Shown one piece after another: positions 6,864 through 15,398 of a DNA stretch of 42,797 nt (its first letter is position 1; the number at the start of each line of letters is the position of its first letter). The stretch covers positions 1 through 42,797 of IMG/VR virus record IMGVR_UViG_3300045988_033265, one strand, 5' to 3'. The position numbers were made by a program, and so were the translations under genes. The DNA is from a virus. The notes beneath the pieces are model-generated. The model saw only the letters and a program-made list of their open reading frames with translations. It was not told the origin of the DNA and made no database searches.

Positions 6864-7678
6864 AATGCGAGCTGTACCATGACAACTTCCAGAACTTCAA
6901 AAAATACGGGATCCCCAAGGCACAGCTCGTGATCGCGGACATTCCCTACAACATCGGCGCTGATGCTTACGGAAGCAATCCAACATGGTACATCGGCGGC
7001 GACAACAAAAACGGCGAGAGCAAAAAAGCAAAGAGCAGCTTTTTTAATTCCGATGGCTATTTCAAGATCGCCGAGTATATGCACTTCTGCAACCGGCTTT
7101 TGAAGAAAGAGCCGAAGGAGAAAGGGCAAGCCCCGGCAATGCTTGTTTTCTGCGCGTTCGACCAGATGCAGACCGTCATGGAGTACGGGAAGCAGTACGG
7201 ATTCAAGAACAGCTACCCGATGTTTTTCTGCAAAAACTATTCCGCGCAGGTGCTTAAAGCCAATATGCGAGTAGTAGGGGCGACGGAGTTTGCGGTAGTG
7301 CTTTACCGTGACAAGCTTCCAAAATTTAACAACGGGCGCGAGATCGGCGAAGATGGGAAACCGATTCGCGGCACGGGAAAGATGGTTTTTGACTGGCAGA
7401 AGTGGGAACGTGACGGCAAGGACATTCCCAAGATACACCCCACGCAGAAGCCGGTGAACGTGTTGAAGCGGCTGATTGAAGTTTTTACCGACCCCGGCGA
7501 CGTTGTAATCGACCCATGCGCGGGAAGCGCGACCACCCTCCGCGCGGCGTATGAACTGGGGCGAAATGCTTACGGTTTCGAAATCGACAGGAACTTTTAC
7601 AAGGCGGCGCAAGAGGAAATGCTTGCTCCGCTGCTTGAGAAACCCGCACAAATCACGATGGAAAAGGTGACACGATGA
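6860..7678 (+). CDS. DNA methyltransferase, N6-adenine/N4-cytosine type (beta-class motif order)
   Basis: DIPYNIG (DPPY-type motif IV) comes before VIDPCAGSATT (motif I). GTG 6860 overlaps the upstream stop; GTG 6851 is an alternative start. Confidence 0.85.
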   Translation: MKCELYHDNFQNFKKYGIPKAQLVIADIPYNIGADAYGSNPTWYIGGDNKNGESKKAKSSFFNSDGYFKIAEYMHFCNRLLKKEPKEKGQAPAMLVFCAFDQMQTVMEYGKQYGFKNSYPMFFCKNYSAQVLKANMRVVGATEFAVVLYRDKLPKFNNGREIGEDGKPIRGTGKMVFDWQKWERDGKDIPKIHPTQKPVNVLKRLIEVFTDPGDVVIDPCAGSATTLRAAYELGRNAYGFEIDRNFYKAAQEEMLAPLLEKPAQITMEKVTR

Positions 7679-8205
7679 GACGGCACGACAAGCGCACGAG
7701 AGAGCAGCGCAAGGCCGACGAATCGGCGCTGATTGCGGCGGCGTGTCTGGGCGCGACGATCCTCTTGATCGTGATCTCAATCCTTGCAACCAGCGCGCAG
7801 GCGGTCGATGCGGAACCGGAAGAAGCCCCCATCGTAGAAGAGTATGACCCCGCGTGGGACATTCCCGCGACGGAAAGCGCGGTCTGCAACGACGTGTTTC
7901 TCGGCGAGTTTACGCTCACGGCCTATTGCCCCGGACGCTGCTGCTGCGGCAAGTGGGCGAGCGGCTACACCGCCACCGGCACGCTGGCGACCGAGGGGCG
8001 CACGATCGCGGTTGACCCGAAGGTGATCCCTTACGGCTCACACGTCCTGCTGATCTGGCCGGACGGCACGCAGCACAGCTATATCGCCGAGGATTGCGGC
8101 GGCGGTGTCAATGGCAACCACATCGACGTATTTTTTAACAGCCACCAGGCGGCGCGCTATTTCGGCGTGCAGAGCGCAATGGCGTATTTGGAGGTGGAGG
8201 AATGA
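7675..8205 (+). CDS. Membrane-anchored 3D-domain (MltA/RlpA-like) protein
   Basis: N-terminal TM segment. TLTAYCPG..CCG..ASG, RTIAVDPKVIPYGS and AEDCGG..GNHIDVF resemble the 3D domain. Confidence 0.7.
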   Translation: MRRHDKRTREQRKADESALIAAACLGATILLIVISILATSAQAVDAEPEEAPIVEEYDPAWDIPATESAVCNDVFLGEFTLTAYCPGRCCCGKWASGYTATGTLATEGRTIAVDPKVIPYGSHVLLIWPDGTQHSYIAEDCGGGVNGNHIDVFFNSHQAARYFGVQSAMAYLEVEE

Positions 8206-8420
8206 TCTACCGCTGCACCTGCTGCCACCTCATTTTTGACCAGCCGGACGTCGTCCTGCATCGCGTGAATCTGGACGGGGAGCGGGGATACCAGACCGAG
8301 AAAGAGCTTTTCTGCCCGGACTGCGGCGCAGAGGAAGCCTATTTCGAAAACTACAGGGGAGACGAAGATGAAGATGCAGAAAATATCGACGCGCGGCATG
8401 AGCCGCGAAGAATGGCTTGA
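8202..8420 (+). CDS. Small zinc-ribbon protein
   Basis: CTCC...CPDC pairs. ATGA overlap upstream. 3' end overlaps the exonuclease start. Confidence 0.5.
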   Translation: MIYRCTCCHLIFDQPDVVLHRVNLDGERGYQTEKELFCPDCGAEEAYFENYRGDEDEDAENIDARHEPRRMA

Positions 8421-9354
8421 AGAGCGGCGAAAGAGCCTCGGCGGCAGCGACATGGGCGCTGTGCTCGGTCTGAACCGCTACCGGTCGCCCTACGCGGTAT
8501 GGGCGGAAAAGACCGGCAGGATCGGCGAAGAGCCGGAAAACGAGGCAATGCGCATCGGGCGAGACCTTGAGCCGTATGTGGCAAGCCGCTTTGAAGAAGT
8601 GAGCCGCAAGGGGGTGCGCCGCATGAACTACCTGCTGCGCCGCGAGGATTGCCCTCATCTGCATGCCAACATCGACCGGCAGATCCTCGGCGAAAGCTCC
8701 GGCCTTGAATGCAAAACCGCGAGCGCGCTGAATCTCAAGCGCTACGAGGGCGGGGACTTCCCCGAAAGCTACTATGCGCAGTGCGTGACGTATCTGGCCG
8801 TGACCGGCTGGGCGCGGTGGTATCTGGCGGCGCTGGTGCTGGGAAAGGGCTTTTACTGCTACCAGATCACGACAACTCCCACCGATGACACGCCGGAATG
8901 GTGCGAGAGCAGCGTATATGTCAGCCCGGAAGAGATCGAGGCCGTCAAGCGCTGCGCGGAGGACTTCTGGCACGGCTACGTGGAGGCCGACAGCCCGCCT
9001 CCTATGGACGGGGCGGAGAGCACGACGGAGACGATCGCGACCATCTACGAGGGCGGCGGCGGCGAAGTCGAGCTGTTCGGGCGCGAGAGCCTGATCGAGC
9101 AGTATCAATACCTGATGAGCCGCAAGAAAGCCATTGAGAAGGACGCGGACGCCATCAAGCAGCAGCTGATGACCGACCTCGGTGACAACGAGACTGGGTT
9201 CTGCGGGCGCTACACGGTGAACTGGAAGGGGCAGTCGCGGCAGACCTTTGACGCAAAGGCGTTTGCTAAGGATCACCCCGAGGTGGACCTGAGCGGCTAC
9301 TACAAGACGACAAATTTCCGCAAATTTGCGGTGAAGGAGGAAAAGGAAAGATGA
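8368..9354 (+). CDS. YqaJ-like recombination exonuclease
   Basis: LGGSDMGAVLGLNRYRSPYAVWAEKTG signature. Directly upstream of recT. Confidence 0.85.
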   Translation: MKMQKISTRGMSREEWLEERRKSLGGSDMGAVLGLNRYRSPYAVWAEKTGRIGEEPENEAMRIGRDLEPYVASRFEEVSRKGVRRMNYLLRREDCPHLHANIDRQILGESSGLECKTASALNLKRYEGGDFPESYYAQCVTYLAVTGWARWYLAALVLGKGFYCYQITTTPTDDTPEWCESSVYVSPEEIEAVKRCAEDFWHGYVEADSPPPMDGAESTTETIATIYEGGGGEVELFGRESLIEQYQYLMSRKKAIEKDADAIKQQLMTDLGDNETGFCGRYTVNWKGQSRQTFDAKAFAKDHPEVDLSGYYKTTNFRKFAVKEEKER

Positions 9355-10169
9355 AGAAAGAATTGATTCAGAACGCGCAGGGCGCGCAGGCTGTCAAGGC
9401 GGGCAAGCCGACGATGCAGCAGTACATCAAGCAGATGGAGGGCGAGATCGCCAAGGCGTTGCCGAGCGTCATCACGCCGGAGCGCTTCACGCGAATCACG
9501 CTGTCTGCCCTGAGCGCAAACAAGCAGCTCGCACAGACCACGCCGCAGAGCTTCCTCGGCGCGATGATGACGGCTGCACAGCTCGGCATGGAGCCGAATA
9601 CGCCGCTTGGGCAGGCGTACCTGATCCCGTACCGCAACCACGGCCAGTTGGAATGCCAATTCCAACTGGGATACAAGGGGCTCATTGACCTTGCGTACCG
9701 CAGCGGTGAGGTTAGCATCATTCAGGCACAGGTCGTTTACGAGAACGACGAGTTTGAATATTCCTTCGGCCTTGAGCCGAAGCTCAACCACAAGCCCGCC
9801 TGCGGCGAGCGCGGCGAGCCGAAATTCATCTACGCAATGTTCCGCACGAAAGATGGAGGATTTGGCTACGACGTGATGAGCGTTGAGGACGTTCGCAACC
9901 ACGCGAAGCGCTTTTCCAAGGCCTACAGCAACGGGCCGTGGCAGACGAATTTCGAGGAAATGGCGAAGAAAACCGTGCTCAAGCGCGTCCTCAAGTACGC
10001 GCCGCTCAAGAGCGATTTTGTGCGCGCGGTGGCGCAGGACGAGACCATCAAAACGAAGATCAGCGAGGACATGTATTCCGTGAGCGATGACACGGTGATT
10101 GAGACAGAAAACTACACCGTGGACGAGACGACCGGCGAGGTGCTGGAAAGCGAAGGTGATACACAGTGA
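9351..10169 (+). CDS. recT: RecT-family single-strand annealing protein
   Basis: TPQSFLGAMMTAAQLGMEPN...AYLIPY...QLGYKGLIDLA pattern. ATGA overlap with the previous gene. Confidence 0.9.
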   Translation: MKKELIQNAQGAQAVKAGKPTMQQYIKQMEGEIAKALPSVITPERFTRITLSALSANKQLAQTTPQSFLGAMMTAAQLGMEPNTPLGQAYLIPYRNHGQLECQFQLGYKGLIDLAYRSGEVSIIQAQVVYENDEFEYSFGLEPKLNHKPACGERGEPKFIYAMFRTKDGGFGYDVMSVEDVRNHAKRFSKAYSNGPWQTNFEEMAKKTVLKRVLKYAPLKSDFVRAVAQDETIKTKISEDMYSVSDDTVIETENYTVDETTGEVLESEGDTQ

Positions 10170-10573
10170 TGAATCGCGTGTGCCTGATGGGACGCATCGG
10201 GCGTGACTTAGAGCTAAAAAAGACCAACAGCGGCGTATCCGTTGTGTCGTTCCCTCTTGCCGTTGACCGCAACGGCAAGGAGGGCGGCACGGACTGGATC
10301 GACATTGTTGCATGGCGCGGCACGGCAGAAGTGCTTTGCAACTACGCGGGGCGCGGACGTCTCATCGCCGTCGAGGGTCGCTTGCAAATGCGAGACTGGA
10401 CGGACAAGAACGGCAATAGCCGAAGAAGCTACGAGGTGCAGGCTGACAGCGTGTATTTCGCAGACAACAGGCGCTCGGAGGGTAATGATACCGCCCAGAG
10501 CAGAAACGCCGCAGAGAGCGCCGCAGGCGGCTTTTCAGAAGTCAGCGAGGACGACGGCGAGCTACCGTTTTAA
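10166..10573 (+). CDS. ssb: Single-stranded DNA-binding protein
   Basis: OB-fold N-terminus NRVCLMGRIGRDLELKKT and acidic tail DDGELPF. Confidence 0.9.
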   Translation: MMNRVCLMGRIGRDLELKKTNSGVSVVSFPLAVDRNGKEGGTDWIDIVAWRGTAEVLCNYAGRGRLIAVEGRLQMRDWTDKNGNSRRSYEVQADSVYFADNRRSEGNDTAQSRNAAESAAGGFSEVSEDDGELPF

Positions 10574-10585
10574 GGCGGTGAGCAG

Positions 10586-11335
10586 ATGCCGAACAGAATC
10601 ATCAAAGAGAGCTTATGCTCGAGCGAGAAAATAGCATCGCTTTCGGATTTCGAGTTTCGGCTATGGGTTGGATTGATTACGCAAGTAGATGATGCTGGGC
10701 GCGGAGATGCCCGCCCAGCGATTATAAAAGGACGAGTTTTCCCGTTCAGGGAAAGGCTATCCATCAAAGACATCGATGCTGCGCTCCGAGTTTTGGCGGC
10801 AAAAGGCTGCGTTTCTCTCTATACGGTAGACGGGAAGCCCTACTTTTTGTTCCCCGGGTGGGTCAAGCATCAGCGTGTCAGAGATTGCAAGCCGAAATAC
10901 CCAGAACCGCCAGAAAATCTCAATCTGCCGCAATCTGCGGCGAGTTGCGGCGAGTTGCCGCAATCTGCGGCCTTAATCCAATCCGAATCCGAATCCAATC
11001 CGAATCCAGAATCCAATCCGAAAGAATATTGCGCTGAGCCGCAAGCGGCTGACGCGCCGCCGGTGATTTCTTTGCCGCTGAATGACGGGACTTTTTTCGA
11101 CGTGTCGGAGAATGACAGGGCCAAATGGTCGCAGCTCTATCCGAATGTTGACGTTCTGCAACAGCTCAGAAACATGGCAGGGTGGTGCGACGCAAACCCT
11201 ACCAAGCGAAAGACACGCGGAGGCATCAAGCGTTTCATCACCGCTTGGCTTGCCAGAGAGCAGGATAAGGGCGGCAAAGCGCCGCAAAATAAGCCGTTTG
11301 TCTACGACTACGGCAACACGGAGGGAAGCCTATGA
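10586..11335 (+). CDS. Putative replication initiator / replisome organizer
   Basis: Sits between ssb and the DnaC-like loader. N-terminus IIKESLCSSEKIASLSDFEFRLWVGLITQVDDAGRGD is typical of phage replisome organizers (from memory). Carries internal iterons. Confidence 0.6.
   Translation: MPNRIIKESLCSSEKIASLSDFEFRLWVGLITQVDDAGRGDARPAIIKGRVFPFRERLSIKDIDAALRVLAAKGCVSLYTVDGKPYFLFPGWVKHQRVRDCKPKYPEPPENLNLPQSAASCGELPQSAALIQSESESNPNPESNPKEYCAEPQAADAPPVISLPLNDGTFFDVSENDRAKWSQLYPNVDVLQQLRNMAGWCDANPTKRKTRGGIKRFITAWLAREQDKGGKAPQNKPFVYDYGNTEGSL
10921..11022 (+). repeat. Iteron cluster inside the replisome-organizer gene (candidate origin)
   Basis: CAATCTGC x3. CCGCAATCTGCGG x2 (10928-10940 and 10958-10970), each itself an inverted repeat. 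GGCGAGTTGC x2. Then about 8 AATCCR hexamers (10976-11022). Confidence 0.55.
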
Positions 11336-12156
11336 ACGTTGACGCATTGATCGACAGCATCGCGGAAAAGGCCGAGCCTGTGCGCGATCTGGTCGACTAC
11401 GAGAAAGACGGGCTGCTGTACTGCGGCCATTGCAACACGCCGAAGCAATGTCGGATCCCCATCGGCGGGAGCGTCCGCCTTGTCGGGTGCCAGTGTGCTT
11501 GCGCGGCGCGAGAATACGAGGCCGAGAAAAAAGCTCGCGCTGACCGCGAAAAGCGACTGCGCATCGAAACGCTGCGCGCTGACGGAATCCGCGACAAGAG
11601 CCTGACGGCGTGCCGGTTCGACAAGGCGACGATGAGTGAGGAAATCGTCAAGTGCAAGCGCTATGCCGACGCATGGGACGATATGCGGCGCGAGAACAGC
11701 GGCCTGCTGCTGTGGGGCAATACCGGAAACGGCAAGACCTTCGCGGCGGCGTGCATCGCCAACGAGCTGATTGACCGCGGCATTCCGGCGATGATTACGA
11801 GTTTCCCGCGAATCCTCAACGCGGGATATGACAAGCAGGAGATCATCGAGCAGGTGAGGTACTACCCGCTGTTAGTGATCGACGATCTCGGCGCAGAGCG
11901 CAGCAGTGAGTATGCAATGGAGACGGTTTACACGGTCATTGACGAGCGGTACAAGGCCAAAAAGCCGCTGATCGTCACCACGAACCTGACGCTTGATGAG
12001 GTGTGTAAGCCGAAAAACATGGACTATCAGCGTATTTATGACCGCGTGATCGAGATGTGCACGCCGCTTGTGTTCAGGGGAGACAATCTGCGGCGCGACA
12101 AGGCGAATAAGCGGCTGCGGTATGTCAAGTCGGTGTTGGAGGGCGGTGCGCCGTGA
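11332..12156 (+). CDS. DnaC/IstB-like AAA+ helicase loader with an N-terminal Cys cluster
   Basis: Walker A GNTGNGKT. Walker B LLVIDDLG. CGHC...C.C.C cluster at the N-terminus. Confidence 0.85.
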   Translation: MNVDALIDSIAEKAEPVRDLVDYEKDGLLYCGHCNTPKQCRIPIGGSVRLVGCQCACAAREYEAEKKARADREKRLRIETLRADGIRDKSLTACRFDKATMSEEIVKCKRYADAWDDMRRENSGLLLWGNTGNGKTFAAACIANELIDRGIPAMITSFPRILNAGYDKQEIIEQVRYYPLLVIDDLGAERSSEYAMETVYTVIDERYKAKKPLIVTTNLTLDEVCKPKNMDYQRIYDRVIEMCTPLVFRGDNLRRDKANKRLRYVKSVLEGGAP

Positions 12157-12359
12157 GCGGGTATCGCGGGGGCATTTTCAAGTGCCCGTTTTACTCGCGG
12201 GACTACCGCGACTATCTCAACTGCGAGGGCGCACAAGTCAAACTGCCGAAAGATGAGCTGGACGAATATACACGGCGCTACTGCGCCAACGAAGAATGGC
12301 GGCGCTGCCCGATCGCTCGGGCGCTGCTGCTGCACTACGAAAGGGGAGCAAAACCATGA
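12153..12359 (+). CDS. Small Cys-rich protein
   Basis: GTGA overlap with the previous gene. 68 aa. Confidence 0.5.
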   Translation: MSGYRGGIFKCPFYSRDYRDYLNCEGAQVKLPKDELDEYTRRYCANEEWRRCPIARALLLHYERGAKP

Positions 12360-12736
12360 GCATGAGAAACAGAGACAAGATCAAGCAACTCGAGCATGAG
12401 CTGGGACGCTATGAAAAGCGCTGCGGCGACCGGATGAAGCTGAACGCGCAGCTTTCCCGGCGAGCCGCCGGCGTTGCCGAGATTAGCATTGCAACCGACG
12501 CGCTGCTTGCGCAGGTGGCGATCACCTACGGCGAGGACGCGGTAGATCCCGACACCGGCGCCGCCATCGGCAAGCGCCTGACGCTGCCGAAGTTTGACGC
12601 GAGGGAAACCTACCGCAAGTACGAAGTGCATGCCCGCCGCGACGGGGAGCAGTACATCATCGGCGTGGGGCTGCGCGACGATCCCGCGGACCACAAGGGC
12701 GAAACGGAGGCACACGATGGGGCTGACGTCAGCTGA
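12356..12736 (+). CDS. Hypothetical coiled-coil protein
   Basis: ATGA overlap with the previous gene. SD AAGGGGAG. Confidence 0.55.
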   Translation: MSMRNRDKIKQLEHELGRYEKRCGDRMKLNAQLSRRAAGVAEISIATDALLAQVAITYGEDAVDPDTGAAIGKRLTLPKFDARETYRKYEVHARRDGEQYIIGVGLRDDPADHKGETEAHDGADVS

Positions 12737-13163
12737 CCTCGCGAGGCTCTGCCCTAAAGCGCAGAAGCAGGTGCTTGACAAACTGCTGGGCGAACAGAAG
12801 CCGAAGAAAAGCAAATACGGGAACCGCAAGGTCGTGCGCGATGGCATCAAGTTCGATTCCGAGCGCGAGGCGGAGCGGTTCGGCGAGCTGAAAGTGCTGC
12901 GTGCGATGGGTAGGATCCGCGACCTGCGGCTGCAAGCCAATTTTACCCTTGTGGAGGGCTACACGACCATTGAGGGCGAGAGGATCAAGCCGATGGTCTA
13001 CCGTGCGGATTTCGCCTACGAGCGGGCGACCGAGCCGGACTGCAACGGCGCGGTGTATTGGCTGCGCGAGGTTGAGGACGCGAAGGGTATGAAAACGAAA
13101 GACTACCTGCTGAAAAAGAAGCTGATGCAGGACAAGTACGGCATCACGATTCGCGAGGTGTGA
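12717..13163 (+). CDS. DUF1064-like (nuclease-fold) protein
   Basis: KYGNRKVVRDGIKFDSEREAERFGELKVL matches the DUF1064 pattern (from memory). SD GGAGG before ATG 12717. Confidence 0.65.
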   Translation: MGLTSADLARLCPKAQKQVLDKLLGEQKPKKSKYGNRKVVRDGIKFDSEREAERFGELKVLRAMGRIRDLRLQANFTLVEGYTTIEGERIKPMVYRADFAYERATEPDCNGAVYWLREVEDAKGMKTKDYLLKKKLMQDKYGITIREV

Positions 13164-13164
13164 G

Positions 13165-13359
13165 ATGAGTTTTGAGCACTGCCACAGCTGCAAGCCGCCA
13201 ACGCGGCATGTGGGCTGCCACAGCGATTGCCCGTACTATCAGGCGGATATCGCCAAGTACAACGAGGCGAAGGAAGCGGAAGCGCGCCAAACGCAGGAAC
13301 GCGGTGCCTATTGGGGTGCGCGGCAGTTTAAGACGAGGCGCTATCAACGAACGAAATGA
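13165..13359 (+). CDS. Small Cys/His-rich protein
   Basis: CHSC...HVGCHSDCP. 64 aa. Confidence 0.5.
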   Translation: MSFEHCHSCKPPTRHVGCHSDCPYYQADIAKYNEAKEAEARQTQERGAYWGARQFKTRRYQRTK

Positions 13360-13371
13360 GGGAGCGAAAAA

Positions 13372-13608
13372 ATGAAATACAAGCAGCTGTATGTGGCGCT
13401 TGACCACAAGCATGCAGGCGTTGTTACCTGCGTGGCAGACTCGCCGACAGAGCTTGCCAAAAAGTGCGGCGTTGACCTCAGCGCGGTATCGCACTCTGTT
13501 TCTGCCATGCGGCAGAATCCACAGAAAAAGCGCAGATTCGCAAGCGTCTGGACGGCGTGGAGCGACAGGGAATATGCGAAATATTTCGGGGAGGTGCCGA
13601 CATGCTGA
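13372..13608 (+). CDS. Hypothetical protein
   Basis: SD GGGAGCGAAAAA before the ATG. 78 aa. Confidence 0.55.
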   Translation: MKYKQLYVALDHKHAGVVTCVADSPTELAKKCGVDLSAVSHSVSAMRQNPQKKRRFASVWTAWSDREYAKYFGEVPTC

Positions 13609-13847
13609 GAGTGCATCGGGCAAAGACACCGTTCGAGCGATGCGTTTATCCGGCGCTCAAGGAGGCGCTGGAAAAGACAGACTTGTCGCAGATCCAGCTC
13701 GCAAAGGAATGCGGTGTGGCACAGTCGACCATCATTCGGTGGACGTTCGGGGACTGCGAGTGCACGGTAAAATTCCTGCTCAAGCTGGAAGAGATTACCG
13801 GGAAGCCGTTCCGCGAGCTGTTCGGGGAATGCGAGGGGCGGAGATGA
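13602..13847 (+). CDS. Small HTH protein
   Basis: SD GGAGGTG. LSQIQLAKECGVAQSTIIRW. Confidence 0.6.
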   Translation: MLRVHRAKTPFERCVYPALKEALEKTDLSQIQLAKECGVAQSTIIRWTFGDCECTVKFLLKLEEITGKPFRELFGECEGRR

Positions 13848-14515
13848 AGGTTTTAGTTGCCTGTGAGGAATCACAGGAAGTGTGCAAGGCGTTCCGTGCA
13901 TTGGGGCACGAGGCATACTCCTGCGACATTCAGGAGCCGTCCGGCGGACACCCTGAGTGGCATATCCTCGGAGATGCGCTCAAGGCCATCGAGGGGGGGC
14001 AAGTGACCACTATGGACAGACAGACCCATGATGTGGGGCGGTGGGATATGATTATTGCTTTTCCGTCCTGCACCAAAACCAGCAACGCCGGAGCGCGGCA
14101 CTTGTATAGGGGAGGCAAGCTCAATATCAAGCGGTATTATGAGGGTTTGTGCGGCAAAGCGCTGTTTTTAGCTATTTGGGCAGCGGATTGTGAAAAAGTT
14201 GTGATCGAGAACCCGACGCCGAGTAAAGTCTTTGAGTATCCAGAGCCAACCCAAGCCATACAGCCCTATCAATACGGGCACCCGTTCAGCAAAAAAACCT
14301 TGCTGTGGGAGCGCGGCGTCCAGCCATTGGAGCCGACCAATATTGTTGAGCCAACAGCAACATGGTGTCCGAGTGGCAGTTACAGCCATAAGCATGGGGA
14401 ACAGCACAAAGGTATGTTTACCACGGATAGAGCGAAAAACCGCGCAAAGACCTTCGCCGGCATCGCCAAAGCTATGGCGGAGCAATGGGGAGGAGACATT
14501 AGGGAGGAAGCATGA
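13844..14515 (+). CDS. C5-cytosine-methyltransferase-like protein with a non-canonical motif I
   Basis: ATGA overlap with the previous gene. FPSCTKTSNAG resembles motif IV (PCQxFSxAG) and VIENP resembles ENV. The N-terminus VLVACEESQEV replaces FxGxG. Confidence 0.55.
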   Translation: MKVLVACEESQEVCKAFRALGHEAYSCDIQEPSGGHPEWHILGDALKAIEGGQVTTMDRQTHDVGRWDMIIAFPSCTKTSNAGARHLYRGGKLNIKRYYEGLCGKALFLAIWAADCEKVVIENPTPSKVFEYPEPTQAIQPYQYGHPFSKKTLLWERGVQPLEPTNIVEPTATWCPSGSYSHKHGEQHKGMFTTDRAKNRAKTFAGIAKAMAEQWGGDIREEA

Positions 14516-15084
14516 TGACAAAGAAAATTCTTGACGTGACCTGCGGGAGCAGAACGATTTGGTTCAACAAGAACCATCCGGCCGCGATTTACTGCGACGT
14601 TCGGGACGAGGAATGCACGGGGGTCTGGAAGAGCACCAACAGAGATTCAGAACGGGACTGCATCGTGCATCCTGACGTGCTGTGCGACTTCACAGATCTA
14701 CCGTTCCCCAGTAATTCTTTTGCGCTGGTCGTATTCGACCCGCCGCACCTTCGGCGCGTCGGTGAAAATGCGTGGATGCGGAAGAAGTACGGGCAGCTCG
14801 GCGAGAATTGGCGCGAAATGCTGCATGACGGATTCCGCGAGTGTATGCGCGTATTAAAACCGGACGGCGTGCTGATTTTTAAGTGGGCAGAAACGCAAAT
14901 CCCCGCCGCAGATGTTTGGGCGGCAATCGGAGAACGCCCCCTTTTCGGGCATCATAGCGGAAAAAAATCACAGACCTTTTGGGGCTGCTTTATGAAATTT
15001 GAGGACGCAACCGAGGCGCACCGCTACTTTACGGCGGAGGCAGAGGCAAACGGGATCAGGCTCAGAGAGAGCTTTAAATTTTAA
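14512..15084 (+). CDS. SAM-dependent DNA methyltransferase (DPPH-type, N6A/N4C-like)
   Basis: ILDVTCGS (motif I) and VVFDPPH (motif IV). ATGA overlap with the previous gene. Confidence 0.7.
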   Translation: MMTKKILDVTCGSRTIWFNKNHPAAIYCDVRDEECTGVWKSTNRDSERDCIVHPDVLCDFTDLPFPSNSFALVVFDPPHLRRVGENAWMRKKYGQLGENWREMLHDGFRECMRVLKPDGVLIFKWAETQIPAADVWAAIGERPLFGHHSGKKSQTFWGCFMKFEDATEAHRYFTAEAEANGIRLRESFKF

Positions 15085-15107
15085 CAAAAATCAGGAGGAA
15101 TTTCATC

Positions 15108-15398
15108 ATGAACAACAATCAGGACTATATCGTTCGCTGCGACCGCGCAGGCGTGTTTTTCGGCAAGATCAAGGAGAGAAACGGATCCGAGGTCACTATG
15201 ACTGAGGTGCGTAAGCTGTGGAGTTGGGACGGCGCGTGTGCCGTGGAGCAGTTGGCGCAGGACGGTACAAAAGCACCGGGCAACTGCCGTTTTACCGTGA
15301 CGATTCCGGAAATGACCGTGCTGGGGGCAATTCAGATTATCCCGTGCACGGATGCGGCATCGGTATCGCTTCGCGGTGTAAAGGAGTGGAAGAGATAA
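15108..15398 (+). CDS. Conserved phage hypothetical protein
   Basis: SD AGGAGG. 96 aa. Confidence 0.6.
   Translation: MNNNQDYIVRCDRAGVFFGKIKERNGSEVTMTEVRKLWSWDGACAVEQLAQDGTKAPGNCRFTVTIPEMTVLGAIQIIPCTDAASVSLRGVKEWKR

Noticed and set aside
6836-7789. 317-aa - strand ORF opposite the DPPY methyltransferase
   Set aside because: The + strand frame has both MTase motifs. The antisense translation is low-complexity.
9113-9133. CUGAUGA...GAAA string (hammerhead-like core)
   Set aside because: It lies inside the exonuclease CDS. The intervening GCCGCAA cannot form stem II and there are no flanking stems I or III.
8230-10313. Long antisense ORFs (8230..9276 and 9300..10313, - strand) opposite the exonuclease and recT genes
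   Set aside because: The translations are Arg/Ala/Leu-rich with no motifs. The + strand frames carry clear YqaJ and RecT signatures. Long antisense ORFs are expected in GC-rich coding DNA.
13391-13843. The 5' 150 codons of track ORF 13391..14515
   Set aside because: This part overlaps two SD-led small genes in other frames and translates to Arg-rich sequence. The real gene most likely starts at ATG 13844 (ATGA coupling).
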